A stretch of DNA of 64,000 nt from NCBI GenBank assembly GCA_016868355.1, contig VGHB01000013.1:5985-69984 (forward strand). Reading direction: 5' to 3'. Under the pieces are notes generated by a model. It was not told the DNA's origin and searched no databases. It worked only from the letters and a program-made list of their open reading frames with translations. This stretch comes from Betaproteobacteria bacterium. GTDB lineage: Bacteria > Pseudomonadota > Gammaproteobacteria > Burkholderiales > Burkholderiaceae_C. Made by a program: the position numbers and the translations under genes. This document shows, piece after piece, positions 1 to 8,679 of the stretch (its first letter is position 1; the number at the start of each line of letters is the position of its first letter).

Positions 1-906
1 ACGGCCTTGTGGGAGGCCGTATCGGCCCAGGGCACGAACTTCAGCGGCACTTCGCCTGGCATCGTCCCCCGCTGAACGTGCAATCACATTGAGGTAGTTC
101 TCTTCGCAGGTGAGGTAGGTTCCCCAAGGCGTGTAGCCGTTGCCGCAGTTGTTGTTTGTGCCGCGGGTCATGGTGCCATCGGGCGAATACTTGGTCTTGA
201 CCAAGTCGCTGCCGCGCACAGGGCCGCTGAAGGCCATCGGAGTGGCCGAGGTGATGCGCCGGTTCAGGCGCGAGCCCCGAACCATGGCCATGTCGGGGTT
301 GGTGCCGCTGCGCTTGACCTCGCAAATCGAAACGCCATGGGCGTGGATCTCTTTATCGACCTCGGAACCCACGCGCTGGGATCCGGGGGTCAGACCATTG
401 GGGTGCAGTCCGAAGGGCTGTACGACATATTCATGGTTAACGCACAAGACACCGCGGTCTGATCGGTCAGCGGCAAACTTGCCGTCTTCGCCCAACCCGA
501 AGTACCACATCCCATCGTGGCCATCTCCGATGCGGCGCTGATAGGAGTCGGCTGATTCGCTGCCATCATTTTTCCAGCTCTCGTCACCGAAGTGCAGGGG
601 ATCGCCCAAGGCATGCAGGATGCTGACTTGGTATCCATCTGGAACGGTCACCACATCCAAGCGGTTCTTGGCCACGGCACTGAAGCCCAGCGCCAATGGC
701 TTGGACTCAAGGCCACTATCCTGGCCACCGGCACAGGCGCTCAGGCTCAAGGTGCCGAACACGGCTGCAGTTGTGGCGCTGATGCCGCCAAACACGGTCT
801 GTCGACGCGAGAGGCGGGCGTTGAGGATGTCCTCAAAATGAAGGTTGTTTGAAGAATTGACGACTTCGTTGTCGTCATAGTGGTTGGGTTCAGACACTTG
901 GCTCAT
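1..906 (-). CDS. phoX: PhoX-family (DUF839) exported alkaline phosphatase, N-terminal part; 3' end lies beyond the window start
   Basis: Not in the ORF track because no stop falls inside the window. My translation of the minus strand from ATG 906-904 stays open to position 1. It reads MSQVSEPNHYDD..LNARLSRRQTVFGGISATTAAVFG (twin-arginine signal) .. GDGHDGMWYFG .. GVLCVNHEY .. TRGTNNNCGNGYTPWGTYLTCEEN. I associate this pattern with PhoX/DUF839 phosphatases. Confidence 0.7.
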   Translation of the reverse strand, partial: MSQVSEPNHYDDNEVVNSSNNLHFEDILNARLSRRQTVFGGISATTAAVFGTLSLSACAGGQDSGLESKPLALGFSAVAKNRLDVVTVPDGYQVSILHALGDPLHFGDESWKNDGSESADSYQRRIGDGHDGMWYFGLGEDGKFAADRSDRGVLCVNHEYVVQPFGLHPNGLTPGSQRVGSEVDKEIHAHGVSICEVKRSGTNPDMAMVRGSRLNRRITSATPMAFSGPVRGSDLVKTKYSPDGTMTRGTNNNCGNGYTPWGTYLTCEENYLNVIARSAGDDARRSAAEVRALGRYGLPQGR

Positions 907-986
907 AGAGGCTCCGGTTGGTTGACATGCAATTCACCGAAGAATGCCGAGGGCGTATGACGCTAGTGTGAAGGCAGCGGCCTGCC

Positions 987-1691
987 CTACCCGATCAGCA
1001 TACGCCCCAAGCAAACCAAACCCGCCGGCGCCTCCAGCCAAGCCTCGATCTGAACCGGACCCTCACCCACCGAAATGGCCTGGCCCTTGACCATCCCCAT
1101 ACAAGCCAAGGCCTGCGACAACGGTGTGGCCTGCGGGTGCTGCAAGCGCAGGGCCTGCAAGCGCAGACCCGAGGGCGGCATCTGAGCCACCGGGTGCACC
1201 GCACCCCACTGAATCAAGGTGGGCAGCGCGCCTCCAAACAGGCGATGACCATCGTCGCGAACGGTGATCTGCCACTCCAGCAAGCCTGCTGCGGTCATGC
1301 GCGAAGCACTCAACACAGGCCCGCGCTCGATACCCAGTGGGTACAAAGCGGCGCGCGCAGCTTGCACATCCGAGCTGCGGGCCACCCAATGGCACAGCTG
1401 CGGGCCTTCGTTTGCCAGGCGCTTGATCAGCGCGGGGTCATCCAAGTCAAACCATCGCTGCAAGCCGGGTGCACGTGTGGGCGTGGCACCCGGGTCAACC
1501 GCAATGATTTCCAGGTATGCCCTCTCGAAGCCCGGGCCATCCACCCGCAACAATCGGTTGTGGGTCCCCATCAGCGGGTGTGCCCCACCGGGGCCAGGTG
1601 TCACCCCAAGCACAGACTCACACCACCGCACGCCCTCATCCAAACTCGAAGCCGCCACCACCAGGTGGTCCAACACCGCCGTCAGCGGCAT
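987..1691 (-). CDS. VOC / glyoxalase-like domain protein
   Basis: 234-aa ORF. The N-terminus MPLTAVLDHLVVAASSLDEGVRWCESVLGV.. resembles glyoxalase-like (VOC fold) proteins. It overlaps the stop of the upstream gene by 10 nt (1682-1691), which suggests co-transcription. Confidence 0.55.
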   Translation of the reverse strand: MPLTAVLDHLVVAASSLDEGVRWCESVLGVTPGPGGAHPLMGTHNRLLRVDGPGFERAYLEIIAVDPGATPTRAPGLQRWFDLDDPALIKRLANEGPQLCHWVARSSDVQAARAALYPLGIERGPVLSASRMTAAGLLEWQITVRDDGHRLFGGALPTLIQWGAVHPVAQMPPSGLRLQALRLQHPQATPLSQALACMGMVKGQAISVGEGPVQIEAWLEAPAGLVCLGRMLIG

Positions 1692-4156
1692 GTTCCATCC
1701 CCCTGTTGTTCACCCACCTTCAAGCCCAGGTGGCTGGCCGACACCCGCTCGTTGCCCGGAATATTTCGGTGGATGGGCCGGTTGAGCAGCTCGGCTTGGC
1801 CCTGCTTGCCGCGCAGCACCAGGGCACTCGTGCCTCCGCCATCGAGGTTGATGCCCTCCGTGGCGCCCAATGCCTTGAGCCAGGCGGCCAGGTCATGCAG
1901 CGTGGCGCCCAAGCTGTATTCGAACTGCCGACCGTCCACCACCAGAAGCCACATCCAGCGGCCGTCAGCCGAAACACCCACCGCGGTGCGCGGATGCACC
2001 GAGGGCACCAGCACCCTGGGCGCCACATCGTGCCCCCCGCGCAAGACGATGTCGAATCCCCCGACGGCATTGCGCACACCCGTGGATGGGAAGGGCGGGG
2101 CTTGGATGCGCACCGCTCCGTCGTTCATCATCAACAGGGCCGGGTACTGCTTGCTCGGGCCCGACACCGGTCGTCCCTGGCTCACCTGAAAGCCGGCCAC
2201 TTCCATCAACAGTCCCTCTTGATCGACCACAGGCCCAAACGGTGCGGCATTGATGGCCAGGTGCAGCTGGTGTTCGCGCAGGAAGGTGCTGGTCTTGAGC
2301 CCGATGGTTTCGGGCGTGTGACGGCCGGGCGGCGCCATCGGGGCATCGCCCCATGTGGCCGGCGGTGTGGCCAACCACTGCAGGCAAGGCGTCTGCAGGT
2401 CAATTCGGGCCAGGTGTAAAACAGCTTGGCGCGGCTCCAACACCTGCAGTTCGGCCACGGCCACACCCGCAAAGCGGGGCTTCCAACTGGGGGACAGGAC
2501 CGGCCCAGCTTCAGCACCCAGGGCACCGGGGCGCAAGGTGGCGCGCATCGACTCGCGTCGATCAACCAACAGCTCCACCTCGGCCCAGTCCCCATCCACC
2601 GTCAGGGCCACCGGCCCGCCCTGAAGGTGATGCAGCCCTTGGATGTCCTGCCAGCCGGCGTTGGGCAAGCGGCGGCCCACCACTCGATACTGCCCAGCTG
2701 GCAGATGGTCAGCAGACCACAGCGCTGGTGCTGTAGACCCGTGGGGCTTGGGCGTTGGCGCAGCACGGCGCACCAGGGGCCAAGACCCCGGGCGCCAACC
2801 CACGGCAAAGCGCGGCGAATGGGCAGGCCCACGTTGCCGATACCAGGCCTGCAGTTCCTGCGCATAGAGGTCCAACACGCCACGGCTGAACCACAGTACA
2901 TGGCCCGCCTGCCCAAGGCTGTCGACCAACTCCATCGACCGCCTGAGTTGATCCCACGAAGAGTCAGGACCATCGCCGACGATGCGGATGCCGGCCACCA
3001 GCTCATCGGGCCGATAGGCGCCCCGCGCCTGCACCGCGGTGGTTTGCTCGCGCCAGGTTTTTTCGAACGCCGCGTAGCTCATGCGGTAGGCCTGGGGGAT
3101 GACCTCATCCCAATGCGGCACCACACGCTGGGCGGCTTCCTGGCGCACCGGCAAGCCGCTCAAGCGGTCGGCATCGGACCATGCCGTCCATCGTGGCCAA
3201 TCCAACAAGTAGTTCTCCCAGCTCCAGGGATAAACCGCAGGGCTGAGCGACACCACCAGACCAGGCCGGCGGGCTCTGACCTCTTGAACAAACCAGCGGG
3301 CGTATTCGTCAACCTTGGAGGCTCGCCAGCGCATCCAAGCCGGGTCTCGATGGTCTGCTGGCGGCTGTGCGCCGAGGTGCTCAGCCGCATAAACGCGGCG
3401 TGTGTAATCGTCATAGCCCATCGTCACGTGGGGCCACACGATGCGGTCGTCCAACTGAATGCCGTCGAGGTCATAGCGGTCGATGGCTTCCAGCACCAGG
3501 TCCAGCAACAGCGCTCGCGACTGCGGATGCAAGGGGTTGAGCCAGACGAACCCGTTGGGGGCCACCTCGCGGCCCTGCAGGTCACGGCTAAGCCACTCGG
3601 GTTTGCTCTGGCGCAAGTGGTTCATCGTGGACTGATGCGCGGCCATGAAGCCGTACTCAAACCAGGCTATGGCCAGCAAGCCCTGGCGGTGGGCCTCGGT
3701 TACCGCTTCATGCAACAGGTCTCGAGGTGCTTGTGCGCGGGTGTGCGGGGAATCGGCCGGGTCTTGCTCGCGGCCTGCAGGCCGCTGCGAAACGCCGATG
3801 GCCCGGCGCAGCACCTCCGAAGGGAACTGGGTGTAGCCGTTCTTCCAGGCCTCGATGTAGACGGTGTTCAAGCCAATCTCGCGCAGCCGCTGCATGGTGC
3901 GCGCCGTGTGCTCGGGGCTGGCCAGGGCGTCGTTGGCGGTGGTGGTGAGCCAGGTGCCACGCACTTGTGGGCGGCTGGGTGCTTCGGGCCTTGCAGCCTG
4001 CTGTTCCAGCGTACCTGGCGCTTGCTCTTGGCTCTGCGCAAAGCCCCACCCGCACGCCAACACGCACAGCAGCTTCAAAGCGGCCATTTGGATGCAAAGC
4101 CGACGTCCGGTCTTTGGTCCGCGAAGGCTCGCGCGACGGTTTGAAGGGTTCATCAT
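1682..4156 (-). CDS. Fusion protein: N-terminal GHL10 (glycosyl hydrolase-like 10, DUF187/YngK-type) domain plus C-terminal NAGPA-type phosphodiester glycosidase domain; exported
   Basis: 824-aa ORF. Signal-like MAALKLLCVLACGWGFAQS gives an alternative start near 4087. N-terminal half: RGTWLTT..GLNTVYIEAWKNGYTQFPS..LLAIAWFEYGF..LNPLHP..DLDGIQLDD (GHL10-like). C-terminal 250 aa: HPRTAVGVSADGRWMWLLVVDGRQ..GINLDGGGTSALVL (hallmark of the phosphodiester glycosidase / NAGPA family). Confidence 0.8.
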   Translation of the reverse strand: MMNPSNRRASLRGPKTGRRLCIQMAALKLLCVLACGWGFAQSQEQAPGTLEQQAARPEAPSRPQVRGTWLTTTANDALASPEHTARTMQRLREIGLNTVYIEAWKNGYTQFPSEVLRRAIGVSQRPAGREQDPADSPHTRAQAPRDLLHEAVTEAHRQGLLAIAWFEYGFMAAHQSTMNHLRQSKPEWLSRDLQGREVAPNGFVWLNPLHPQSRALLLDLVLEAIDRYDLDGIQLDDRIVWPHVTMGYDDYTRRVYAAEHLGAQPPADHRDPAWMRWRASKVDEYARWFVQEVRARRPGLVVSLSPAVYPWSWENYLLDWPRWTAWSDADRLSGLPVRQEAAQRVVPHWDEVIPQAYRMSYAAFEKTWREQTTAVQARGAYRPDELVAGIRIVGDGPDSSWDQLRRSMELVDSLGQAGHVLWFSRGVLDLYAQELQAWYRQRGPAHSPRFAVGWRPGSWPLVRRAAPTPKPHGSTAPALWSADHLPAGQYRVVGRRLPNAGWQDIQGLHHLQGGPVALTVDGDWAEVELLVDRRESMRATLRPGALGAEAGPVLSPSWKPRFAGVAVAELQVLEPRQAVLHLARIDLQTPCLQWLATPPATWGDAPMAPPGRHTPETIGLKTSTFLREHQLHLAINAAPFGPVVDQEGLLMEVAGFQVSQGRPVSGPSKQYPALLMMNDGAVRIQAPPFPSTGVRNAVGGFDIVLRGGHDVAPRVLVPSVHPRTAVGVSADGRWMWLLVVDGRQFEYSLGATLHDLAAWLKALGATEGINLDGGGTSALVLRGKQGQAELLNRPIHRNIPGNERVSASHLGLKVGEQQGDGTCR

Positions 4157-4162
4157 TAAGCT

Positions 4163-5020
4163 TCAGCCCTTGCTTTCCTGCTTGGGGTCTAAAGCATCGC
4201 GCAAGCCATCGCCCAACAGATTGAAGGCCAGACTTACCAGCAGAATCGTTGCGCCGGGGGCTGCAGCCACCCACCATTGATCAAGCAGGAACTGCCGCCC
4301 ATTGCTGATCATGGCACCCCACTCAGGAATGGGCGGTTGGGCTCCCAGACCCAAAAAGCCCAAGCCGGCAGCCGTCAGAATGATGCCTGACATGTCCAGG
4401 CTCACCCGCACCACCACCGACGGCAAACACAGAGGCACGATGTGCCGCCACACGATTCGACTGGAACTGGCACCCATGGCTTGCGCGGCCTGCACAAACC
4501 CAGCTTGCCGCAGTGTCAGCGTCTCCGCCCGTGCGATGCGGGCGTATGGCGGCCAGGACGTCACGGCAATGGCCAAGATAGCGTTTTCAATGCCGGGGCC
4601 CAGGGCTGCTACAAAGGCCAAGGCCAGGATCAGCCGCGGGAAGGCCAGAAAGATATCCGTCATGCGCATGAGGATGGTATCCAGCACTTTGGCGCGGCCA
4701 TGGGCACAGTAGCCAGCCACAGTGCCCACCAGCAAGCCGACCGGCGCAGCCAATACGGCCACCAAGACCACCACCAACAGCGTGATGCGGCTACCATGAA
4801 TGAGGCGTGACACGATGTCACGTCCCAGGTCGTCAGTACCCAACCAGTGGTCTGGCCCCGGCGGCAGAAGGCGCCGGTTTTGAAGGTCGCCATCGTAGGC
4901 TGAGTGGGGTGCCAAGACATCGGCGCCCAGGGCCACCACCAGAAACACCATCAAAATGACCAAGCCCAATGCCGACATGGGATTGCGCACCAAGCGATGC
5001 ACAGCAGTACGGATGATCAT
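4163..5020 (-). CDS. Opp/Dpp-type (peptide/nickel family) ABC transporter permease, DppC-like
   Basis: 285 aa, multi-pass hydrophobic protein. The N-terminus RLVRNPMSALGLVILMVFLVVALGADVLAPH is typical of OppC/DppC. 4-nt overlap with the upstream permease gene. Confidence 0.85.
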   Translation of the reverse strand: MIIRTAVHRLVRNPMSALGLVILMVFLVVALGADVLAPHSAYDGDLQNRRLLPPGPDHWLGTDDLGRDIVSRLIHGSRITLLVVVLVAVLAAPVGLLVGTVAGYCAHGRAKVLDTILMRMTDIFLAFPRLILALAFVAALGPGIENAILAIAVTSWPPYARIARAETLTLRQAGFVQAAQAMGASSSRIVWRHIVPLCLPSVVVRVSLDMSGIILTAAGLGFLGLGAQPPIPEWGAMISNGRQFLLDQWWVAAAPGATILLVSLAFNLLGDGLRDALDPKQESKG

Positions 5021-6084
5021 GGGGCTCGGGTACGGGGATCCAACAGCCGGTACAGCACATCACTGAGCAGATTTAATGCAATGAAGACACTGCCCACGAG
5101 CAAGGTGCCACCCAACACTGCATTCATGTCGCCATTCTGGAGTGAATTCGTGATGTACAGCCCCAGCCCTGGCCATGAAAAGACTGTCTCGGTCAAAACG
5201 GACCCCTCCAACAAAGCAGCGTAGGACATGGCCACCACCGTCAGCAAGGGTACAGCTGCATTTCGCAGTGCATGCCACCAAACCACGCGAGATTCAGCGA
5301 GCCCTTTGGCGCGAGCGGTCAGGATGTACTCTTTGCTCAGTTCGTTGAGCATGAATGAGCGTGTCATGCGGCTGATATAGGCCATGGAGTAAAAACCCAA
5401 CAGACCTGCCGGCAAGACCAGGTGGCTAAAGGCATTTCGGAATGCCTCCCATTGCCCAGCCCAAGCGGTATCCAAGAGCAACATCCCGCTCATGCGCGGC
5501 ACGCTGAACTCGTGCGAAACGTCCAGACGTCCGGGCCCGGATACCCATCCCAGCTGCGCATAAAACAGCAGCAAACCCATCAGACCGAGCCAAAAAATGG
5601 GGATCGAGTGACCCACCAGGCCCAGCAGCCGCGCCAGATGGTCCGGCCAGCGGCCGTGGTGAATCGCAGCCCACACGCCCAATGGAACGCCCAACCCCAC
5701 GCCCACGATGATGCCTGCGGTGGCCAACTCAACGGTCGCAGGAAAGGTTGCCAGGAGGTCTTGAAGGACCGGGTTGGAAGTCAGGATGGACGAGCCCAGG
5801 TCCCCCCTGAGCACCTGCGCCACGTATTGACTGAATTGGGTCCAAAGGGGTTGATCCAGTCCCAACTCCTGGCGAACCCGCTGCAGCACATGCTCTGGGG
5901 CGCGGTCTCCGGCCACGGCCAAGGCAGGATCAATGGGAATGACCCGACCGATAAAGAAGGTGGCGCCCAGCAGTCCCAGATAGGTCAAGCACAGCGCCAG
6001 GAGCAGCCCCGTCGCTGAACGCAAAGTTGACCACCAGCCGGTGACCGCTACTGGTTCCGAAGGGCTCTCAGCGCTTGCGGACAT
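5017..6084 (-). CDS. Opp/Dpp-type ABC transporter permease, DppB-like
   Basis: 355 aa. Contains ..IDPALAVAGDRAP..LGLDQPLWTQFSQYV.. and the EAA-like segment EYILTARAKGLAESRVVWWHALRNA, typical of OppB/DppB. Confidence 0.85.
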   Translation of the reverse strand: MSASAESPSEPVAVTGWWSTLRSATGLLLALCLTYLGLLGATFFIGRVIPIDPALAVAGDRAPEHVLQRVRQELGLDQPLWTQFSQYVAQVLRGDLGSSILTSNPVLQDLLATFPATVELATAGIIVGVGLGVPLGVWAAIHHGRWPDHLARLLGLVGHSIPIFWLGLMGLLLFYAQLGWVSGPGRLDVSHEFSVPRMSGMLLLDTAWAGQWEAFRNAFSHLVLPAGLLGFYSMAYISRMTRSFMLNELSKEYILTARAKGLAESRVVWWHALRNAAVPLLTVVAMSYAALLEGSVLTETVFSWPGLGLYITNSLQNGDMNAVLGGTLLVGSVFIALNLLSDVLYRLLDPRTRAP

Positions 6085-7678
6085 TAAACAGGTGTGTGGA
6101 CTCGCTGGTGGGCCCGATCAAAAGGCCCTCCACATGAGCCCTCATTGCAGCGACTTCCACCAATTGAAAGAGGATCGCAAACGGGCTAACCCTCAGAAAG
6201 TCCCCCTGCAGATCTTGGTACAGGCGAGTGCGACGGGACGCATCGCGCTCCATGACAGCCGCTTCCACCCGGCGACTGAATTCGGGGACTTGCCACCCGT
6301 TGCGCCAAGCCAGTGACTTTGTGGCGGCCGCATCCGAGTTGTCGAGGTTACGGGCAAAGGCATCGGCGTTGGTGTGAGGATCCCAGTAGTCCATTCCCCA
6401 TGACCCAAGGTATAGGTCATGCTGCCGCGCACGGTAACGGATGAGGGCCTGTTTTCCATCGCTAGGCATGACCTCAAGTGCAATGCCGACCTGTCGCAGG
6501 CTTTGCTGCAGCGCTTCGGTGATGGCCTGATAGGGTTGCACCGTACGCATGTCGATGGTGAGCTTAAATCCCTGTGAAAGGCCTGCTTGAGCCAACAAGG
6601 CGCGCGCCTTGGCCACGTCTAAACGATACGGCCTTTGCGCAGAAGATCCCAGCACACCAGCGGGCAAAAAGGTCTGGTGCACCTCAGCAATATTTCGCAC
6701 CAGTGTTTGCCCAATCACGTCGTAATCAATCAACCACTTCAGAGCCTCACGCACCTCAGCTTTGGCCAGGTTCGGGTTCCTTTGGTTCATCGCCAAATAC
6801 ATCAACTCACCCCGCCGCGCTGAAGCCAGCTTGAGCTCAGGGTTGGTTCTGACCGCATCGAGATCCTGGGGGCTGAGGTTACGCGCGACGTCGATGTCAC
6901 CTTTTTGCAGCAGGAGGCGCTGGGTGGTGGACTCCTTTACATGGCGCACGATCACACGCGCCAACGGAGCCTTGCTGCTGTGATGGTTGTCGTTACGCTC
7001 AAGAGCCACCAATTCGTTGGCACGCCACTGCAAGATTTTCAACGGTCCCGACCCCGCATAGTGTGTACGCAGCCATCCGTGCCCCAGGTCAGCATTGGAC
7101 TCCTTGCTCAGCAACAAACGGCGGTCAACCACAGAAGCCACATTGGCCGTTAGGCAGTTGTAGACCAGGCTGGGCGCCAAGTCGCGGTCAATCTCGATGC
7201 TCAGGCTCAGGGGGCCCGTTTGCAAGACTCGCTGTCGCACACTGTCTTTCTTCAAGCCCAGTTGAGCCAGGATGAAAGCAGGGGACTTATCCAACAGCAC
7301 AGCCCGGTGCAGCGAGAACACAACGTCTTCAGCGTCCAGTGGATTGCCCGAAGCAAAACGCAGCTGGGGCTTCAAATCGAATCGAAAGATGCGCCCTTCA
7401 GTTGAAACAGACCAACTGCGCGCAAGGTCACCCACCAGATTCGCCGGATTGGACGGGTCCACACGCAACAGTCGGTCGTATGTGTTGCCCATGATTTCGC
7501 CAGTAGAGATCTCGAAACTCTCCGCCGGATCCAAGGTGATCATGTCATCCAGCGCCTGGGCCAGCACCAGCGTGTCCTTGGGCGTGGCAGCCCAGGCATC
7601 TGAGGCCCCCACACCGGCCCAGGCTATACCCATGCTCAACAGTTCTCGGCGGTTCAGGGGGCTGTAAAACGGGCTCAT
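6068..7678 (-). CDS. ABC transporter substrate-binding protein, family 5 (peptide/oligosaccharide type), Tat signal
   Basis: The ORF track gives 6068..7744 from a TTG. The ATG at 7678 yields MSPFYSPLNRRELLSMGIAWAGVGASDAWA (Tat-like signal), followed by DTLVLAQALDDMITLDPAESFE, typical of SBP_bac_5. Confidence 0.8.
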   Translation of the reverse strand: MSPFYSPLNRRELLSMGIAWAGVGASDAWAATPKDTLVLAQALDDMITLDPAESFEISTGEIMGNTYDRLLRVDPSNPANLVGDLARSWSVSTEGRIFRFDLKPQLRFASGNPLDAEDVVFSLHRAVLLDKSPAFILAQLGLKKDSVRQRVLQTGPLSLSIEIDRDLAPSLVYNCLTANVASVVDRRLLLSKESNADLGHGWLRTHYAGSGPLKILQWRANELVALERNDNHHSSKAPLARVIVRHVKESTTQRLLLQKGDIDVARNLSPQDLDAVRTNPELKLASARRGELMYLAMNQRNPNLAKAEVREALKWLIDYDVIGQTLVRNIAEVHQTFLPAGVLGSSAQRPYRLDVAKARALLAQAGLSQGFKLTIDMRTVQPYQAITEALQQSLRQVGIALEVMPSDGKQALIRYRARQHDLYLGSWGMDYWDPHTNADAFARNLDNSDAAATKSLAWRNGWQVPEFSRRVEAAVMERDASRRTRLYQDLQGDFLRVSPFAILFQLVEVAAMRAHVEGLLIGPTSESTHLFNVRKR

Positions 7679-7724
7679 AGAGGATGATTTGAAAGAGAGC
7701 TGCGCCAGCCCGGGTAGTGCAAGC

Positions 7725-8660
7725 TTAGCGCGGGATTTCCGCAAAGTCTGCGGCTCGAATAGCCGCGCACCGATGGGCGGCCAGGTTCAAACGCGAGACG
7801 GCAATACCAGCAGGCAGGCTTGCCGCCAAGGACGACTGCAGCAGGGGGTGGAGTTCGAAGGCGCCGCCGGCCAGCCACACGGGACGGGGACCGAACTGCC
7901 GAAACAACAGAGTGGCCAAGCGCCCCAGCTCTAAGCCAGCACTCTGAAGGATTCCCCAGGCCAACGTGTCTTGATCGGCTACGGCCGCCACGGCCAGCGC
8001 CAAGCGTCCCACGTCACCCCGCGAGGCCAGATGCATAAAGCGCCGGGTATCTTCCCAGCGTGAGCCGCCAACAGCCTGGAACAAGGCCTGGGCCAAAAGG
8101 GACCCCTGGCAAAAGCCCGGGTCTTCATCCTCTGCGCGCCAAATCGCCTTGAGGGCCTGACAGGCAATCCAGTAGCCACTGCCATCATCGCCCAAGGTCT
8201 CACCGCGGCCCCCAACCCGATACAGCCGGTCTTGTTCATCCAAGTAGGTGGCGATGCACCCGGTACCGGCGTACACCAAATAGCCGCTGCCCTTTGCAAG
8301 GCTTACCCGGTGGGCCAACTCCACATCGTTGTAGAGCCGCAGAGCACCCGGGGCCAGGGCCAGGCAATGCTCCATGTGGGCCTGCAATGGCTCGCCGGCA
8401 TGCCCATCAAAGCCGGTGACGCCAGCCCAAGCCAAAACCGTTGCAGCCCCCCCAGCCACTGCCGCCGGCGCATGCGAGGCCTTGACCACTTCGCGCAGCG
8501 CCGACAAGGCTTGGGCAATGTGGTCCCGCCCGGCTTCGGTGTGAACCTGCTGCCCACTGAAACTGGGCGCTATGCCCTCTTGCATGACCTGCCCCCGGGC
8601 ATCGGCCAATGCCCAGCGGCACTGCGTACCGCCGACATCCAGGCCCAAGCCGAGGTGCAA
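7725..8660 (-). CDS. BadF/BadG/BcrA/BcrD-type ATPase; predicted N-acetyl-hexosamine (GlcNAc/MurNAc/ManNAc) kinase, paralog 1
   Basis: 311 aa. (TTG)HLGLGLDVGGTQCRWALAD phosphate-1 motif; GYLVYAGTGCIA; GGRGETLGDDGSGYWIA. Clear paralog of the 31543..32484 gene. Confidence 0.75.
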   Translation of the reverse strand: MHLGLGLDVGGTQCRWALADARGQVMQEGIAPSFSGQQVHTEAGRDHIAQALSALREVVKASHAPAAVAGGAATVLAWAGVTGFDGHAGEPLQAHMEHCLALAPGALRLYNDVELAHRVSLAKGSGYLVYAGTGCIATYLDEQDRLYRVGGRGETLGDDGSGYWIACQALKAIWRAEDEDPGFCQGSLLAQALFQAVGGSRWEDTRRFMHLASRGDVGRLALAVAAVADQDTLAWGILQSAGLELGRLATLLFRQFGPRPVWLAGGAFELHPLLQSSLAASLPAGIAVSRLNLAAHRCAAIRAADFAEIPR

Positions 8661-8679
8661 GTGCTGCAGAACGAACCCG

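Noticed and set aside
955-973. Possible Pho box upstream of the PhoX-like gene. On the minus strand it reads CTTCACACTAGCGTCATAC, two 7-mers with 11-bp phasing.
   Set aside because: Only the promoter-proximal half (CGTCATA) resembles the CTGTCAT consensus, and the distal half matches poorly. This is not enough to call without a genome-wide motif model.
2426-4144. A 572-aa ORF on the plus strand, antisense to the GHL10-NAGPA gene. Similar long antisense ORFs occur elsewhere, for example 1137-2189 (+), 37011-37940 (-), 42733-44097 (-), 47054-48445 (-), 52968-53978 (-), 56155-56826 (-) and 23667-24506 (-).
   Set aside because: They are typical shadow ORFs of a high-GC genome. The products are rich in Arg, Gly, Ala, Pro and His, and have no recognisable family motifs. 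Each lies fully inside a gene on the opposite strand that does have clear family signatures.
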